From: a virus
DNA length: 64,000 nucleotides
Direction: 5' to 3' (one strand)
IMG/VR virus record: IMGVR_UViG_3300025137_004926
The translations under genes were made by a program, and so were the position numbers. This document shows positions 39,120 to 49,867 of the stretch, one piece after another. A model generated the notes under the pieces. That model searched no databases. It was not told the DNA's origin and saw only the letters and a list, made by a program, of their open reading frames with translations. The stretch's first letter is position 1, and each line of letters opens with the position of its first letter.

Positions 39120-40001
39120 ATGGCTAATTGGGAAGAAGAGGAGTACCTTTCTTTATTACAACATGTAATGGATACTGGAGAAAAACGAGACCAAGAACGA
39201 ACAGGTACGGGTACTCGTAGTGTATTCTATGCACATTTAAACTTTCAACTTGAAGCTGGTCTACCTTTATTAACAACTAAAAAAGTAAACTTTAAAGCAG
39301 TACTAAGTGAACTACTTTGGTTCTTAGAAGGTTCTAGTGATGAACGTAGACTAGCAGAAATTCATTATGGTAAACCCAGAGAAGAACTCATAGGTCAAAA
39401 TACTATCTGGACTGATAATGCTGACAAACAAGGCAAAGACTTAGGCTTTACTAACACTGACATAGAAAAGAACTTAGGACCCGTATATGGCGTCCAATGG
39501 CGCTCATACAACGGTGCTAGACGTAAAGTTGACCAGATAGCTGAACTAATAAAAGGTATCAAAGAGAACCCACAATCTCGTAGACATATTCTTAATGCAT
39601 GGAACCCAAGTGATATAGATATGATGGCGTTACCTCCGTGTCATACTATGTCGCAATTTTATGTATCTAATGATAACAAATTACATTGTAATATGTATCA
39701 ACGTAGTGCAGATTTATTTTTAGGAGTTCCTTTTAACATTGCATCATATTCATTATTAACTTATATGGTTGCACATGTTTGTAAGTTAGGTGTTGGTGAA
39801 TTTAATCATATCTTTGGCGACTGTCATGTATATGAGAATCACTTTGATGCAGTAAAAGAACAACTTAAAAGAAAAGCAGAACATTTTCCAAAACTAAGAA
39901 TTAATAGAACTGTAGAGTCTATGAATGATTTTAAAATAGAAGATTTTGAATTGATTAATTATGACCCTCAGCCTTTTATTAAAGCATCGATGTCAGTTTA
40001 G
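39120..40001 (+). CDS. thyA: Thymidylate synthase
   Basis: RTGTGT, LGPVYG, MALPPCH, YQRSAD..LGVPFNIASY. Confidence 0.97.
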   Translation: MANWEEEEYLSLLQHVMDTGEKRDQERTGTGTRSVFYAHLNFQLEAGLPLLTTKKVNFKAVLSELLWFLEGSSDERRLAEIHYGKPREELIGQNTIWTDNADKQGKDLGFTNTDIEKNLGPVYGVQWRSYNGARRKVDQIAELIKGIKENPQSRRHILNAWNPSDIDMMALPPCHTMSQFYVSNDNKLHCNMYQRSADLFLGVPFNIASYSLLTYMVAHVCKLGVGEFNHIFGDCHVYENHFDAVKEQLKRKAEHFPKLRINRTVESMNDFKIEDFELINYDPQPFIKASMSV

Positions 40002-40437
40002 CAATTCTATCTTTATGTCTACCGCCTTCGAATTCAGTAGTTAAGAACTTATCAACAATTTTTAATGCAACTCTTTTAGAAGTAAAGTCTGCACCTAAAC
40101 ATAATACGTTTGCATCATTATGAAGTCTTGCCATTTCTGCTTCTTTAGGAGTGCGAACTGTTACTGCACGAATATGTGGGTATCTATTGGCCGCTATTGC
40201 TACACCAAAACCAGAACCACATACTAAAATGCCTCTAGTAAATACACCTTTCATTTCAAGTGCTAGGCTTTTTACTACATCTGGATAATCTACTTTTGCG
40301 TTTGGATCATAACAACCACAATCTAAATATGTTGTTATATCTTTTTCTATATCTTTGTCAATAGGAACAAGATATTTCTCTATTGCACATTTTAATTCAT
40401 ACCCTCTATGGTCTGAACCTGTAATCAAATCAGTCAT
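39979..40437 (-). CDS. rpiB: Ribose-5-phosphate isomerase B
   Basis: GSDHRG, DYPD, CGSGFG, HNDANVL, FEGGRH. Confidence 0.92.
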   Translation of the reverse strand: MTDLITGSDHRGYELKCAIEKYLVPIDKDIEKDITTYLDCGCYDPNAKVDYPDVVKSLALEMKGVFTRGILVCGSGFGVAIAANRYPHIRAVTVRTPKEAEMARLHNDANVLCLGADFTSKRVALKIVDKFLTTEFEGGRHKDRIAKLTSML

Positions 40438-41047
40438 TTGTTTTTTCCCATGGTAAAGGTTTTGATTTATCTATTTTTGGTTTAGGAAAACAAAATACTA
40501 AATGTGTTCTTAGTATCTTACTTGCATTTATGGCTGTGTGAGTTTTTGTTGTGTCAACTCTATATACTCCACCATATGGTATTCTGCATACTTTATCATC
40601 AATGACCATAAAACAATTATCATCAGTGACTATAGGAATATGTAATCTAGGTGTTTTGTCCTTATGATAAGTCAAGCATGATTTCATACCTAACATCATA
40701 AATCTACCTCTTAGGACTCCATATTCTTCATTTAAAGCGTTTACTATTTCCCCTATATATGTACCCTTCCATACATCACAAAGTAGATTAAACTCATCTT
40801 CTTGTAATATTACATCACGTATTTTAGGTCCAGAGTTTTCATAATCTTTCTCAGGAAAATAATCATCCCAATCATACATCAAACTACCACAACTGTCTAG
40901 TAGTTGTTTCTCTCCCTTAATACCTTCTCTACATTGAACTGCAATTTGTTTCTCATTATCAATAAGTTTCTGTTCAATGCCAAGTCCTTTGAACTCTCCT
41001 ACAAGTCTCTTGTAATCGAATTCTATGTCTAATTTTTCTACACTCAT
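40430..41047 (-). CDS. Asp/Asn beta-hydroxylase-like 2OG-Fe(II) oxygenase
   Basis: RFM..YHKD..RLHIPI..HTAIN..RTHLV. Confidence 0.7.
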   Translation of the reverse strand: MSVEKLDIEFDYKRLVGEFKGLGIEQKLIDNEKQIAVQCREGIKGEKQLLDSCGSLMYDWDDYFPEKDYENSGPKIRDVILQEDEFNLLCDVWKGTYIGEIVNALNEEYGVLRGRFMMLGMKSCLTYHKDKTPRLHIPIVTDDNCFMVIDDKVCRIPYGGVYRVDTTKTHTAINASKILRTHLVFCFPKPKIDKSKPLPWEKTND

Positions 41048-41964
41048 TCAAAGTCCTCGTAATGTTTATCGTGTTCTTGCAAAGCATAAGACAAACATAA
41101 TCTATTAATATATCCGTCTCTTTCAAAATGATTGTCTTTATCTTTTGTACTAATGCCAAAGATAACACTATCACTTGGTTCTATTTCTAGTTCTTTTGCT
41201 AACTCGATTTGTTTCTGTCTATATTTATTACACATATAATCAGGACTGAACTCTTTCATTAATTCTGAATGTATTTTCATTCCCGCCATCTGTGTGTAAA
41301 AGTGTTCGTTTTGTAGTTGTAATGCAGTACGTTCAGTATTTCTTTTGTATAACATACCGGTACGTAATCCTCCAGTAGCAAATGTCTTACTGAAACTAAA
41401 TGCTACATGAGTTATACAATCATGATTTAGATTTAATCTGGGTACTTCTGCTACTCCAAACAAACAACAATCTATGAATACATCTACATTTCTTTTCTTA
41501 CATGTAGCCATTATTCTATCCCAGTCAAAGTGTACGTTCCCAGTAGCACTAAAAGGATAACTTATAATCAAAGATCCACTGTTTGGTATATCTTCATACG
41601 TATCTAATACAGGGATCCCTAGGTCCCTATGATACGTGTACTCACCTCTGAGTACGTTTAAATCTATTGTAGTCTCATAGAAGTCTGTGAATGCATCAGT
41701 TATACCGTTAGTAACTAATCTATTCTTAAACTTATCAAGCCCTTCTATCTTAAACTTTTTACTAGAATGTATCCACTTATCATATTGTTCTATGAATGCA
41801 ATTTGGTCATGTAATATTGAAAAGTCATAAGAGTCATTAAAGATATCAACTGAACTTCCTACTTCAATAACATCTTCGTCTACAATAGCTTTTGCTTTAC
41901 GAATAGCCTGTTGTCTATTCTCACAATGTCTTGTAAATAAATCTATCTTATCTAACTTTTTCAT
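41044..41964 (-). CDS. PLP-dependent fold-type-I enzyme (aminotransferase-like)
   Basis: NGITDAF, PFSATG, FIDC, SFSKTF..LRTG. Confidence 0.7.
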   Translation of the reverse strand: MKKLDKIDLFTRHCENRQQAIRKAKAIVDEDVIEVGSSVDIFNDSYDFSILHDQIAFIEQYDKWIHSSKKFKIEGLDKFKNRLVTNGITDAFTDFYETTIDLNVLRGEYTYHRDLGIPVLDTYEDIPNSGSLIISYPFSATGNVHFDWDRIMATCKKRNVDVFIDCCLFGVAEVPRLNLNHDCITHVAFSFSKTFATGGLRTGMLYKRNTERTALQLQNEHFYTQMAGMKIHSELMKEFSPDYMCNKYRQKQIELAKELEIEPSDSVIFGISTKDKDNHFERDGYINRLCLSYALQEHDKHYEDFE

Positions 41965-43111
41965 TTGGATATATTCTTACTAGGGTTCCTGGTGCTCTTT
42001 TTGGTATCTTACTATCTGCACTTGAAACACAACTTTCACTAATACATGGCTTAGGACTATCAAATAGTTTAAACCCACTTTCGATATATCCTAGTGGTTC
42101 ATCTGCACAACTGTAAGAACGTTTAATACTTCCGTCTGGTTCTCTTATGATAACACCTTTGAAGCCACTAGTACAATCCCAACCTTTGAACTTATTAAAG
42201 TTGAAAGCATTAAATCTTTCTGCTTGGTCTATGTACCACTTCTTGCCTTTGCTATCTTCAAACTCTACTTGCATGATTGGTGGGACACCTTTATCATCAC
42301 CATTCATTACATCTTGATTCCACATAGTCTTTGCTGGCTTAGGTCTTATAATCTTTTTACCTGTTGTCTTTTGTAAATCATCTGTGTATGCACGTTGTGG
42401 CATACCATTCTGCATAATCTCTAATTGCTTATCTGTATAACCTTTAACAACAAAAGAAGCAGTAGGATCAGATTGAGGCTTTAACGTAACATTAATACCT
42501 CTGTTATGAAAGTATAATGCATTATCCCAATCAACATCAAATCTTTCAGGAACAAGAACCATATTAATAGTTACTTGTATATCATATTCCATACATAATA
42601 AAAGTTTGTCTGCAAATTCTTCTGGCTTTGCAAACTCTCTATGATAACTGGCTGTAATACTTGCTCTATGCATTTTACCTACTATCTCAGCATACTTTAT
42701 AAACCAATCTTTTTTACGAGAAATATTACTAGTCATATGAACGCTAGTGTAATTACAATTATCGACATCATCAGCCAAATGTTGTAAGATGTCCAAGTAT
42801 CCTGGATGGAATGTAGGCTCACCACCAGATAAACTAAAATGAAAACTATTAAACCCATTATCACGTGCTTGCCTCTTTATCTCATCAATAGTTGCTAAAC
42901 ACAATTCTGTAGGTCTATGGTCTTTTCTATCTGACCTAGCATAAGGCCAACAGTAACTACATTTGTAATTACAGAAACGACCTAACAACCAAGATACTGA
43001 GAACAAATCTCTATACAATAGAGTACGCTGTCCTACTTTGACAATATCATCAAAGGGTATCTTCGTAAAGTCATACTGTGACCATTTAAGTGATTGTTTA
43101 TCTATTTCCAT
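41948..43111 (-). CDS. Radical SAM protein (type B here)
   Basis: WLLGRFCNYKCSYC, SGGEP, C-terminal Cys cluster. Confidence 0.88.
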   Translation of the reverse strand: MEIDKQSLKWSQYDFTKIPFDDIVKVGQRTLLYRDLFSVSWLLGRFCNYKCSYCWPYARSDRKDHRPTELCLATIDEIKRQARDNGFNSFHFSLSGGEPTFHPGYLDILQHLADDVDNCNYTSVHMTSNISRKKDWFIKYAEIVGKMHRASITASYHREFAKPEEFADKLLLCMEYDIQVTINMVLVPERFDVDWDNALYFHNRGINVTLKPQSDPTASFVVKGYTDKQLEIMQNGMPQRAYTDDLQKTTGKKIIRPKPAKTMWNQDVMNGDDKGVPPIMQVEFEDSKGKKWYIDQAERFNAFNFNKFKGWDCTSGFKGVIIREPDGSIKRSYSCADEPLGYIESGFKLFDSPKPCISESCVSSADSKIPKRAPGTLVRIYPNEKVR

Positions 43112-43112
43112 A

Positions 43113-44561
43113 TTAAACCTTATACTTTTTCATTGCGTTATACAACTCTGGTAATTGTTTTTCCATATTTTCGTTTCTGATCCCATCAAGTTTCTCATTG
43201 TATTGCCAGAACTTTCTATTGTTTTCTTCTGTAAACCAATCTTCATCATACATAAACTTAATATTGTTGTCAAGTAATTGGTCCATTTTCATTATAGCCC
43301 ACTCTTTATTTGCAGGCTTAATCATTCCCATTGCCATAGGATTTTTCTTGGCGAGTGAATGAAAGTCAATGTTATTAACTAAATCTGTTTTAAACTCTGT
43401 TCTAAAGCCTTCCCATTTATCACGTACTTGGTCTTTCACTTCTAATGGTAAGAACCTTGTCGCTAATTCATGTGGTCTATGTATTGGGTGTGCATTAACA
43501 TATGGCTTAGGGTTATTCTTCAACATAGGAGATATAACTGCAAAGTCTTGTTCTAGTTTCCACTTTAAGAAATCACTAAAATGAAATGCATTTAAGGCAC
43601 CAATAGTAAACGCTATCCAGGCTCTGAAATTCATCTTCTCTAAGCCAACTTCATCTAGCTTTAATAAATTCTTTTCCATTAGTTTAGACTTAAGTGGGTT
43701 ACGTACATATTCTAATGTCTCACCTATTCCGTCCATTGATATACCGAACTGAACTTGTTTGAACTGTTTCCATAATTCTAATGCTCTTGGTTGAATATTA
43801 GTTAGGTTTGTGTTGTACTCAAGTGTTATTTCTTTTGCTTTATCTACTTCTACACAATACTTTAAGAAATCATAATGTTCTTCAATAATAAGAGGCTCAC
43901 CTCCCACTAGATATACATGTTGCATACCTGCTACATTTTCTTTTAGGTTCTCCCAGAAGTGATCCTTCTTAACCCAATCGTAATCGTTTGATACAAATCT
44001 ACCTTTGTTATTCTTATACATTTCTACGATACCATGTGTATCTTTAAACTTATTTGTGCCCCACATCTTAACATAATCATCGTACCAAGAACTACTATCC
44101 ATCGGAGAACACATACGACATTTTAAGTTACAGAAATTACCTAAACGAATATCATAGTAAGTTTGTTTTATATGATTTAAATCTATCGTACCATCTTCCG
44201 CGGTATGTTTCTGTGCTTGTTCTAATGTTATATGTTCAGCAAATCTTTCACCATCATTAATACGTCTGGACTTCATGCCTGCTTTTTCTTCACGTAAACA
44301 TCTAATACATTCAGCATGCCATTTATCATCTAAGATTGTCTTACGTATATCTTTAGCAAGAGGAGAGTTAATTGCATCAGTAATCTTATCTTGTTTAAGA
44401 TTATAATTTGTTCCATCTTCTTTCTTATAGATACCTCTAGTAGGTCCTTGATTGGCATGACAACAAACACGTAAATCACCATTAGCACGTGTAGATATGT
44501 TTATCCAAGGTAGAATGCAAAATGTACTAGACATGCTGTCTCCTTGCTTGTTCATGTTCAT
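43113..44561 (-). CDS. Radical SAM protein with N-terminal Twitch-like domain (type A here)
   Basis: FCILPW..CC..CIRC; CNLKCRMC; GGEP. Confidence 0.88.
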   Translation of the reverse strand: MNMNKQGDSMSSTFCILPWINISTRANGDLRVCCHANQGPTRGIYKKEDGTNYNLKQDKITDAINSPLAKDIRKTILDDKWHAECIRCLREEKAGMKSRRINDGERFAEHITLEQAQKHTAEDGTIDLNHIKQTYYDIRLGNFCNLKCRMCSPMDSSSWYDDYVKMWGTNKFKDTHGIVEMYKNNKGRFVSNDYDWVKKDHFWENLKENVAGMQHVYLVGGEPLIIEEHYDFLKYCVEVDKAKEITLEYNTNLTNIQPRALELWKQFKQVQFGISMDGIGETLEYVRNPLKSKLMEKNLLKLDEVGLEKMNFRAWIAFTIGALNAFHFSDFLKWKLEQDFAVISPMLKNNPKPYVNAHPIHRPHELATRFLPLEVKDQVRDKWEGFRTEFKTDLVNNIDFHSLAKKNPMAMGMIKPANKEWAIMKMDQLLDNNIKFMYDEDWFTEENNRKFWQYNEKLDGIRNENMEKQLPELYNAMKKYKV

Positions 44562-45762
44562 TCTCTGTCATTTCTGTATCTTCATAGTTCTTTTTACTGT
44601 TGCCTCTAAAGTCTAAATCTTTTCCACATGTTTTACCACATATAAAAAGACGTTTGCTTTCATTACTCCAGCTTTCAACTAGGTCATTTGAATAGTATGC
44701 TGTATTCAGTATATCAAAAATTGAATGCTTTGACAAGTCATTAAAGTCTTTTCCGTACTTATTTTCTAATTCAACTCTATCATCTATTCTTTTCTGTGTA
44801 CCTTTGTCTTCTCCTACTGTACTGTAGTAATGCCCTTGCCAACAACAAGGCCAAACTTTACCTTTGTAATCTATAAAAATACTTTTATCTCTTGACGTTT
44901 GACAATCAATCTGTGTTGTCTTAACATAATTATCAAAGGTCTTATGTTGTTTTAATATCGTTTCAAAATTCTTTGTAGTGTTAGATGCATCTGTTTTCTT
45001 TGGTGCTTCTAATACTGTTTCTTTTTGCATAGGGTTTTTCTTTTGATGCTGTCTGGATACAAACTTAATAGTTGTTTTCTTTTCAATAGATTCATCTTCT
45101 CTGGTAGTATCTGGATCTGCACTATAATCTTTAGGTATAACATATCTATTTGACTTCTTATATCTAAACTTTATAAAACCCATATCATTTGCTAGTTTTC
45201 TAGCTTCTTCAATCTGGTGTTCATTATGTGCAAATGCAATATAGTCCCATCTAGCAAAACCTCCTGCTCCTATGAATGCTTTTGCATTACGCATTATTAC
45301 ATCCCACTTAGTATTTACTCTATACAAATGATTTGTGTCTTCTAATCCATCAATAGCAAATATAACTTTATCTTGCTTACGCATCATCTTAGCTAAATTA
45401 ATCCACCAGTCTGCTTTATGCACTCCGCCATTTGTACTAAGCGTTACTTGTGGAACGCCAGCGTCAATATACATTTGCATCACTTCTTGTAAATGCGGAT
45501 ACATTATTGGATCCCCAAAGTTACCATTAATAAAAACATGATTAGGCAAGAAAGGTTTCATTTCTTCTAACATATTATAAAGTAACTGTGGATCTGTATC
45601 AACTAATTGCAAGTCATCACGTTTCTTTAGTATTACTCCATCATGGTCTAGTCCTGTGGTTCTGGCACACATAGGACAAAGGGCATTACATCTTGAGGTT
45701 AACTCTAAGTGTAACACACCAACATCAAACTTAATATATTTTAGTTCTTTTTGCTTCGCCAT
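44527..45762 (-). CDS. Radical SAM/SPASM protein (type C here)
   Basis: LELTSRCNALCPMC, GNFGDP, PCC..CGKTC. Confidence 0.88.
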   Translation of the reverse strand: MAKQKELKYIKFDVGVLHLELTSRCNALCPMCARTTGLDHDGVILKKRDDLQLVDTDPQLLYNMLEEMKPFLPNHVFINGNFGDPIMYPHLQEVMQMYIDAGVPQVTLSTNGGVHKADWWINLAKMMRKQDKVIFAIDGLEDTNHLYRVNTKWDVIMRNAKAFIGAGGFARWDYIAFAHNEHQIEEARKLANDMGFIKFRYKKSNRYVIPKDYSADPDTTREDESIEKKTTIKFVSRQHQKKNPMQKETVLEAPKKTDASNTTKNFETILKQHKTFDNYVKTTQIDCQTSRDKSIFIDYKGKVWPCCWQGHYYSTVGEDKGTQKRIDDRVELENKYGKDFNDLSKHSIFDILNTAYYSNDLVESWSNESKRLFICGKTCGKDLDFRGNSKKNYEDTEMTENEHEQARRQHV

Positions 45763-47342
45763 TTTAAAAATAATTCTTCCGGATAGCCATATGCGTGATT
45801 GATTTCTTCTATTTTCATTCCTCTAGTAGGAGAACCATCCCAATCTGCACTATGCAATCTAATATGTTTGTTTTTCTCACACATTTTACTGACTACATCT
45901 TTATAGCCTGCTCTGCGTTCTTCATACGATAGCAACCATGTTGTATACCTTGTAGTAATATAATTACTACTCCACACTACACTATCATATCCTTCTTCAT
46001 GTGGTTGAATTCTATCTATAAGAGGCTGTGCATTTCTACATAAATCAGCAACACCATATGTGATGTTAGGATTATGTTTTACTTTTTCATGCATTGAATA
46101 GAAGTCTTCCATCGTATCAAATATTCTTAGAATACTTTTCTGATATGCCTCTTTTGCTTTCTCTCTTTCACTTTCCCAATTAGGTGACATGAAATCAAAG
46201 TCTTCATAAATTGATATCAGGGCTTTATCAGTCTTATACCATTCATCGTGTAAATAATCTAAGTATTGATTGAAGTCTTGAGGATCCCATTCATTGTGCA
46301 TCCACTTTCTTGCTTCTAAACTATTTGCTGATATATCAAAGTAATTTATTCCTACGTTCTCTACATCAGTATTAGGGTTCCAACCATTTAAGAATGCAAA
46401 TGTTTTAAATCCTGCGGCTACACTATAGATATTCTTTAATGGAAACTTTCTAGGAACAAAGTATACATCATTAACTGATTCTGTATTCATGACCCATATA
46501 GCATCTGGTGAACGTTGAACTGTATAACTTTGATATTGTAAGAATTCTTTTTTAGTTTGACCTAAGTTACTTTCTTCTGGTTTGAACTTAGCACAGTCTT
46601 CTCTAAAGAACTTTTTGAATTCTTCTTGTTCTTCTTTAATCTCTGGATACAAATATGTTTTAGTCTTACGTGCTTGTTCATCAAAGTTTCTTACTGGTAA
46701 ACCTGCCTGTAAACTCTTTGCTATTAAGTTCCAACCAAAGCCTGTTTTATTAATTGTCTCTTGTGCTGGACCAGGAGCCAAATACTTAGGTGTATGTCCG
46801 TCATGGAAGTTTTCCATGCTACGAATGGCTTGTCTAACTTCTTGTTGTTTAACTCCAAAGTCTCCAAACGCTGGTCTTCCCATTTCTTTCCACATAGGAT
46901 AGTTGATAACAAAACATTGTTCATGTAATCTAAACCATCGGTCTTTGTGCTGTTCGTCAAGAATATGTCCCATCAATAGGAATTTATTTGCCTTTGCATC
47001 TTCTAACCAATCATAATTACAATACTCTCTGAATAAACTATACCCATGCTCTAATGGTTGCCATGTGTCATATAATATATTACCATATGCTTGAACTACT
47101 AAAAGAACAATATCATTTTCTTCTGGATCATTAGCCAAGTCTGCTAGTATCTTATCAACTGAATCTTCTTCGTAAATCTTATGTCTGTAATGACTATAAT
47201 TGTTTCTAAGAAAGTTATAAGTTATCTGTTTAGTATATTCAGATACATCATCATCACCAATGGTTTTAGAGGTATCTAACACTGCACATCTAATTGCTTT
47301 AATAAAGTTAGTTGAGCGTTGATGGTCTGTGTGTTTATTCAT
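45741..47342 (-). CDS. Hypothetical two-domain tailoring protein (possible transferase plus Rossmann-like domain)
   Basis: 533 aa; GHILD..LHEQC..HDGHTP; C-terminal VAAGFK..YFDIS. Confidence 0.5.
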   Translation of the reverse strand: MNKHTDHQRSTNFIKAIRCAVLDTSKTIGDDDVSEYTKQITYNFLRNNYSHYRHKIYEEDSVDKILADLANDPEENDIVLLVVQAYGNILYDTWQPLEHGYSLFREYCNYDWLEDAKANKFLLMGHILDEQHKDRWFRLHEQCFVINYPMWKEMGRPAFGDFGVKQQEVRQAIRSMENFHDGHTPKYLAPGPAQETINKTGFGWNLIAKSLQAGLPVRNFDEQARKTKTYLYPEIKEEQEEFKKFFREDCAKFKPEESNLGQTKKEFLQYQSYTVQRSPDAIWVMNTESVNDVYFVPRKFPLKNIYSVAAGFKTFAFLNGWNPNTDVENVGINYFDISANSLEARKWMHNEWDPQDFNQYLDYLHDEWYKTDKALISIYEDFDFMSPNWESEREKAKEAYQKSILRIFDTMEDFYSMHEKVKHNPNITYGVADLCRNAQPLIDRIQPHEEGYDSVVWSSNYITTRYTTWLLSYEERRAGYKDVVSKMCEKNKHIRLHSADWDGSPTRGMKIEEINHAYGYPEELFLKWRSKKN

Positions 47343-47512
47343 TTAAATTTCCTGTCGATCCATTTCTTTCCAATATACATTAGACTTACTACAATAAGTA
47401 GTCCTATTAGTATGCCTGTTTCTACATGTAGGTTACCAGTATCTTCAACCTCAATGCCTTTGGTTGTTATTGCAATTCTACAGTCTTCACATTGTTGTGT
47501 TTCATTATCCAT
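47339..47512 (-). CDS. Small CxxC plus transmembrane protein, 57 aa (absent from the ORF track)
   Basis: MDNETQQCEDCRI..GILIGLLIVVSLMYIGKKW; fills the gap and overlaps both neighbours. Confidence 0.6.
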   Translation of the reverse strand: MDNETQQCEDCRIAITTKGIEVEDTGNLHVETGILIGLLIVVSLMYIGKKWIDRKFK

Positions 47513-48311
47513 TAATTTTATTCCAACTGTTTAACATAATATCTTCATACCCTCTACCACCATACTGCCCGTGAACAATCATATGAACTCTTACTTCATC
47601 TGTATCATTCATCACTGCATGTTGATGTCCTACATTCATTTTAATCATCTTACCAGGCTTCCACGGAACATATGCATTATCATCAATCATTTTAAAATAA
47701 CAATGCTCTGGATTGTTTAGCGATATATTCAATGGTCCTAACTTATTGTGTTCATAATCATTATGAGGAGTAATGTATCCGCCTGGTTCTAAGTACATGT
47801 AACGAACTCTATCGTATGCCATATAACCTGGAATAGACTTAATCATTTCTACTGTCTTAGGACATTTATCTGCAACCTCTGTCCAATGATATGCTTCTCT
47901 TACTTCTTCTTCACTTTTAAAATCAAAGCCCATTGCTTTAACATCTTTACTATCCCAATGCTGAGATACATGTTTACCTAACCCATGTAGTGTTAGAGAG
48001 CGCCAGCCTCTGTGTCCATAGTCATCAGGGTTGCTTTCATCATAATCATTTTTTCTATGTTGAATAGCTTCATCATAAACTGCCATTGCTTCATCATAAC
48101 ATGCTTTCCAATCAAACTCAGGAGTATCTAATACTAACCATGGGATGCCTGATTCATGTGAAACCCATTTTACTTTTCTGAATCTTGCTGACTCTGGAAA
48201 TCTAGGTTCCTTAATTAATGCATCCACAAATGTATCTGGTACAGTATCAAAACTATAACTATGTCTATCTTTGAATGCTTCTTCGATTATGTTTGGATAA
48301 TTAATTGTCAA
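47505..48311 (-). CDS. Asp/Asn beta-hydroxylase-like 2OG-Fe(II) oxygenase
   Basis: GWRSLTLHG, RVRYMYLEPGGYITPHND, HAVMN..RVHMI. Confidence 0.8.
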   Translation of the reverse strand: MTINYPNIIEEAFKDRHSYSFDTVPDTFVDALIKEPRFPESARFRKVKWVSHESGIPWLVLDTPEFDWKACYDEAMAVYDEAIQHRKNDYDESNPDDYGHRGWRSLTLHGLGKHVSQHWDSKDVKAMGFDFKSEEEVREAYHWTEVADKCPKTVEMIKSIPGYMAYDRVRYMYLEPGGYITPHNDYEHNKLGPLNISLNNPEHCYFKMIDDNAYVPWKPGKMIKMNVGHQHAVMNDTDEVRVHMIVHGQYGGRGYEDIMLNSWNKING

Positions 48312-49860
48312 TGTCTAACTCCTGCTGATTTACGTGAAAACCATTGTCTTCTAATTCTTTTAATAGTCTGTCATCAAACTCACCATCCCAATCTTCTCCG
48401 TCATCTGGAGTCCAATCTAGTAATGGTGCCATCTCTGGGAATACATCTCTGAAATTAGTATCACGTATCCCATCCATTTTATTAATATATTCAATGAACT
48501 CTGGCATACGCTGTCTTGACCAGTCGCCGCTCTCTGAGAACTGTAACATACCTTGTAATCTTTTCACACCATATGCGGCTTGACGCCAATCTTCATATGT
48601 TACTGGTGTTAGTGAACCTTTAGTACATAACTCCCAGTTTTCTTCTAACCATTTGATGAAGATATCATATTTCTTATGTGTCATTTCTTTAAACCAGTTA
48701 GGAAGAACTTTGACATTAAGATGTGGTGGGTGATAAACAAAGTGATAGTTAATCATACCTGCACCTAGTGGCCATAAGTTAATCTTCTTAAAGTTTTGTT
48801 CTAGTTTCCACTTAACAAAGTCTGGTAAGTAATAAATGTTTAGAGCCTGAACTGCACATGCTACTGTAACTTCTACATTAGGACCTGTGTTGTCTAATAG
48901 ATGAAACTGTTTTACTGTGTGTTCCCATTCACTTGGATAACGAATATAATCATTCATTATACCAATACTATCTACTGAATAATGAAAACGTACACGCTTG
49001 AACTGTTTCCACAAATCAAATAAACGCTGTGGCATTTCTAATCCATTTGAATTATATCTTAATTCAATACCCGGAGCATAGCCTCTTTCTACAACTTCCT
49101 CAAGCAAAGTATAATGTTCTTCGATAATTGTAGCTTCACCACCAGCAAAGTATAACTGTTTCATATGTGGGATTTGTTCGTACAACTGATCCCAAAATGC
49201 ATCATTCTTTTTATGCCAGTTATATGTTGCACCATCTATCTGACCTTTGTTACCCCATTGCATAGTTTCTTTTAATGATTCGTTTTCAATCTGTGGATGT
49301 AATTTAATCCAATCTTTAACCCACATTGAACTATCGTGAGGTGAACACATAATACATTTAAGATTACATTTAGAACCTAAACGTAAGTCTAAGTATCTAA
49401 TCTTTGGAGGGATTGCACCATCTTCGGCTGTCTCCTCAATTATTTCTTTCATGTCAACTCTACGAGACCAATACTCTGTTTCCCAATATCTTTTTGACAT
49501 ATGGCCTGCGTCTTCCTCTTTGTAACATTTCATACAACTAGGAGGCATTTCGTTATTAAGCATCTGCGTTCTAACATTTTTCATATAATCATTATTCCAA
49601 CTTGACATCAAGTCGCTATGATTTAAGTTTGCAGGTTTACCATCAGCATTTTTTAAAACACCGACTTCTCCGCCATGTTCTTTATCATTAGTAGGACCAA
49701 CTGAACTTGCATTAGCTGTGCAACAAACACGCATATGTCCATTGGGTCGTGTACTTAGATGTACCCAAGGCAAAAGACAGAATGTCTTTGTTGGTGCACC
49801 TGTTCTACGTTGAAATTCTTCTAAGTTTTTCTCTAATTCTGGATTGTTTTTCTTGGACAT
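48301..49860 (-). CDS. Radical SAM protein with N-terminal Twitch-like domain (type A)
   Basis: FCLLPW..CC..CMKC; CNLKCIMC; AGGE. Confidence 0.88.
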   Translation of the reverse strand: MSKKNNPELEKNLEEFQRRTGAPTKTFCLLPWVHLSTRPNGHMRVCCTANASSVGPTNDKEHGGEVGVLKNADGKPANLNHSDLMSSWNNDYMKNVRTQMLNNEMPPSCMKCYKEEDAGHMSKRYWETEYWSRRVDMKEIIEETAEDGAIPPKIRYLDLRLGSKCNLKCIMCSPHDSSMWVKDWIKLHPQIENESLKETMQWGNKGQIDGATYNWHKKNDAFWDQLYEQIPHMKQLYFAGGEATIIEEHYTLLEEVVERGYAPGIELRYNSNGLEMPQRLFDLWKQFKRVRFHYSVDSIGIMNDYIRYPSEWEHTVKQFHLLDNTGPNVEVTVACAVQALNIYYLPDFVKWKLEQNFKKINLWPLGAGMINYHFVYHPPHLNVKVLPNWFKEMTHKKYDIFIKWLEENWELCTKGSLTPVTYEDWRQAAYGVKRLQGMLQFSESGDWSRQRMPEFIEYINKMDGIRDTNFRDVFPEMAPLLDWTPDDGEDWDGEFDDRLLKELEDNGFHVNQQELDIDN

Positions 49861-49867
49861 ACTGTAT

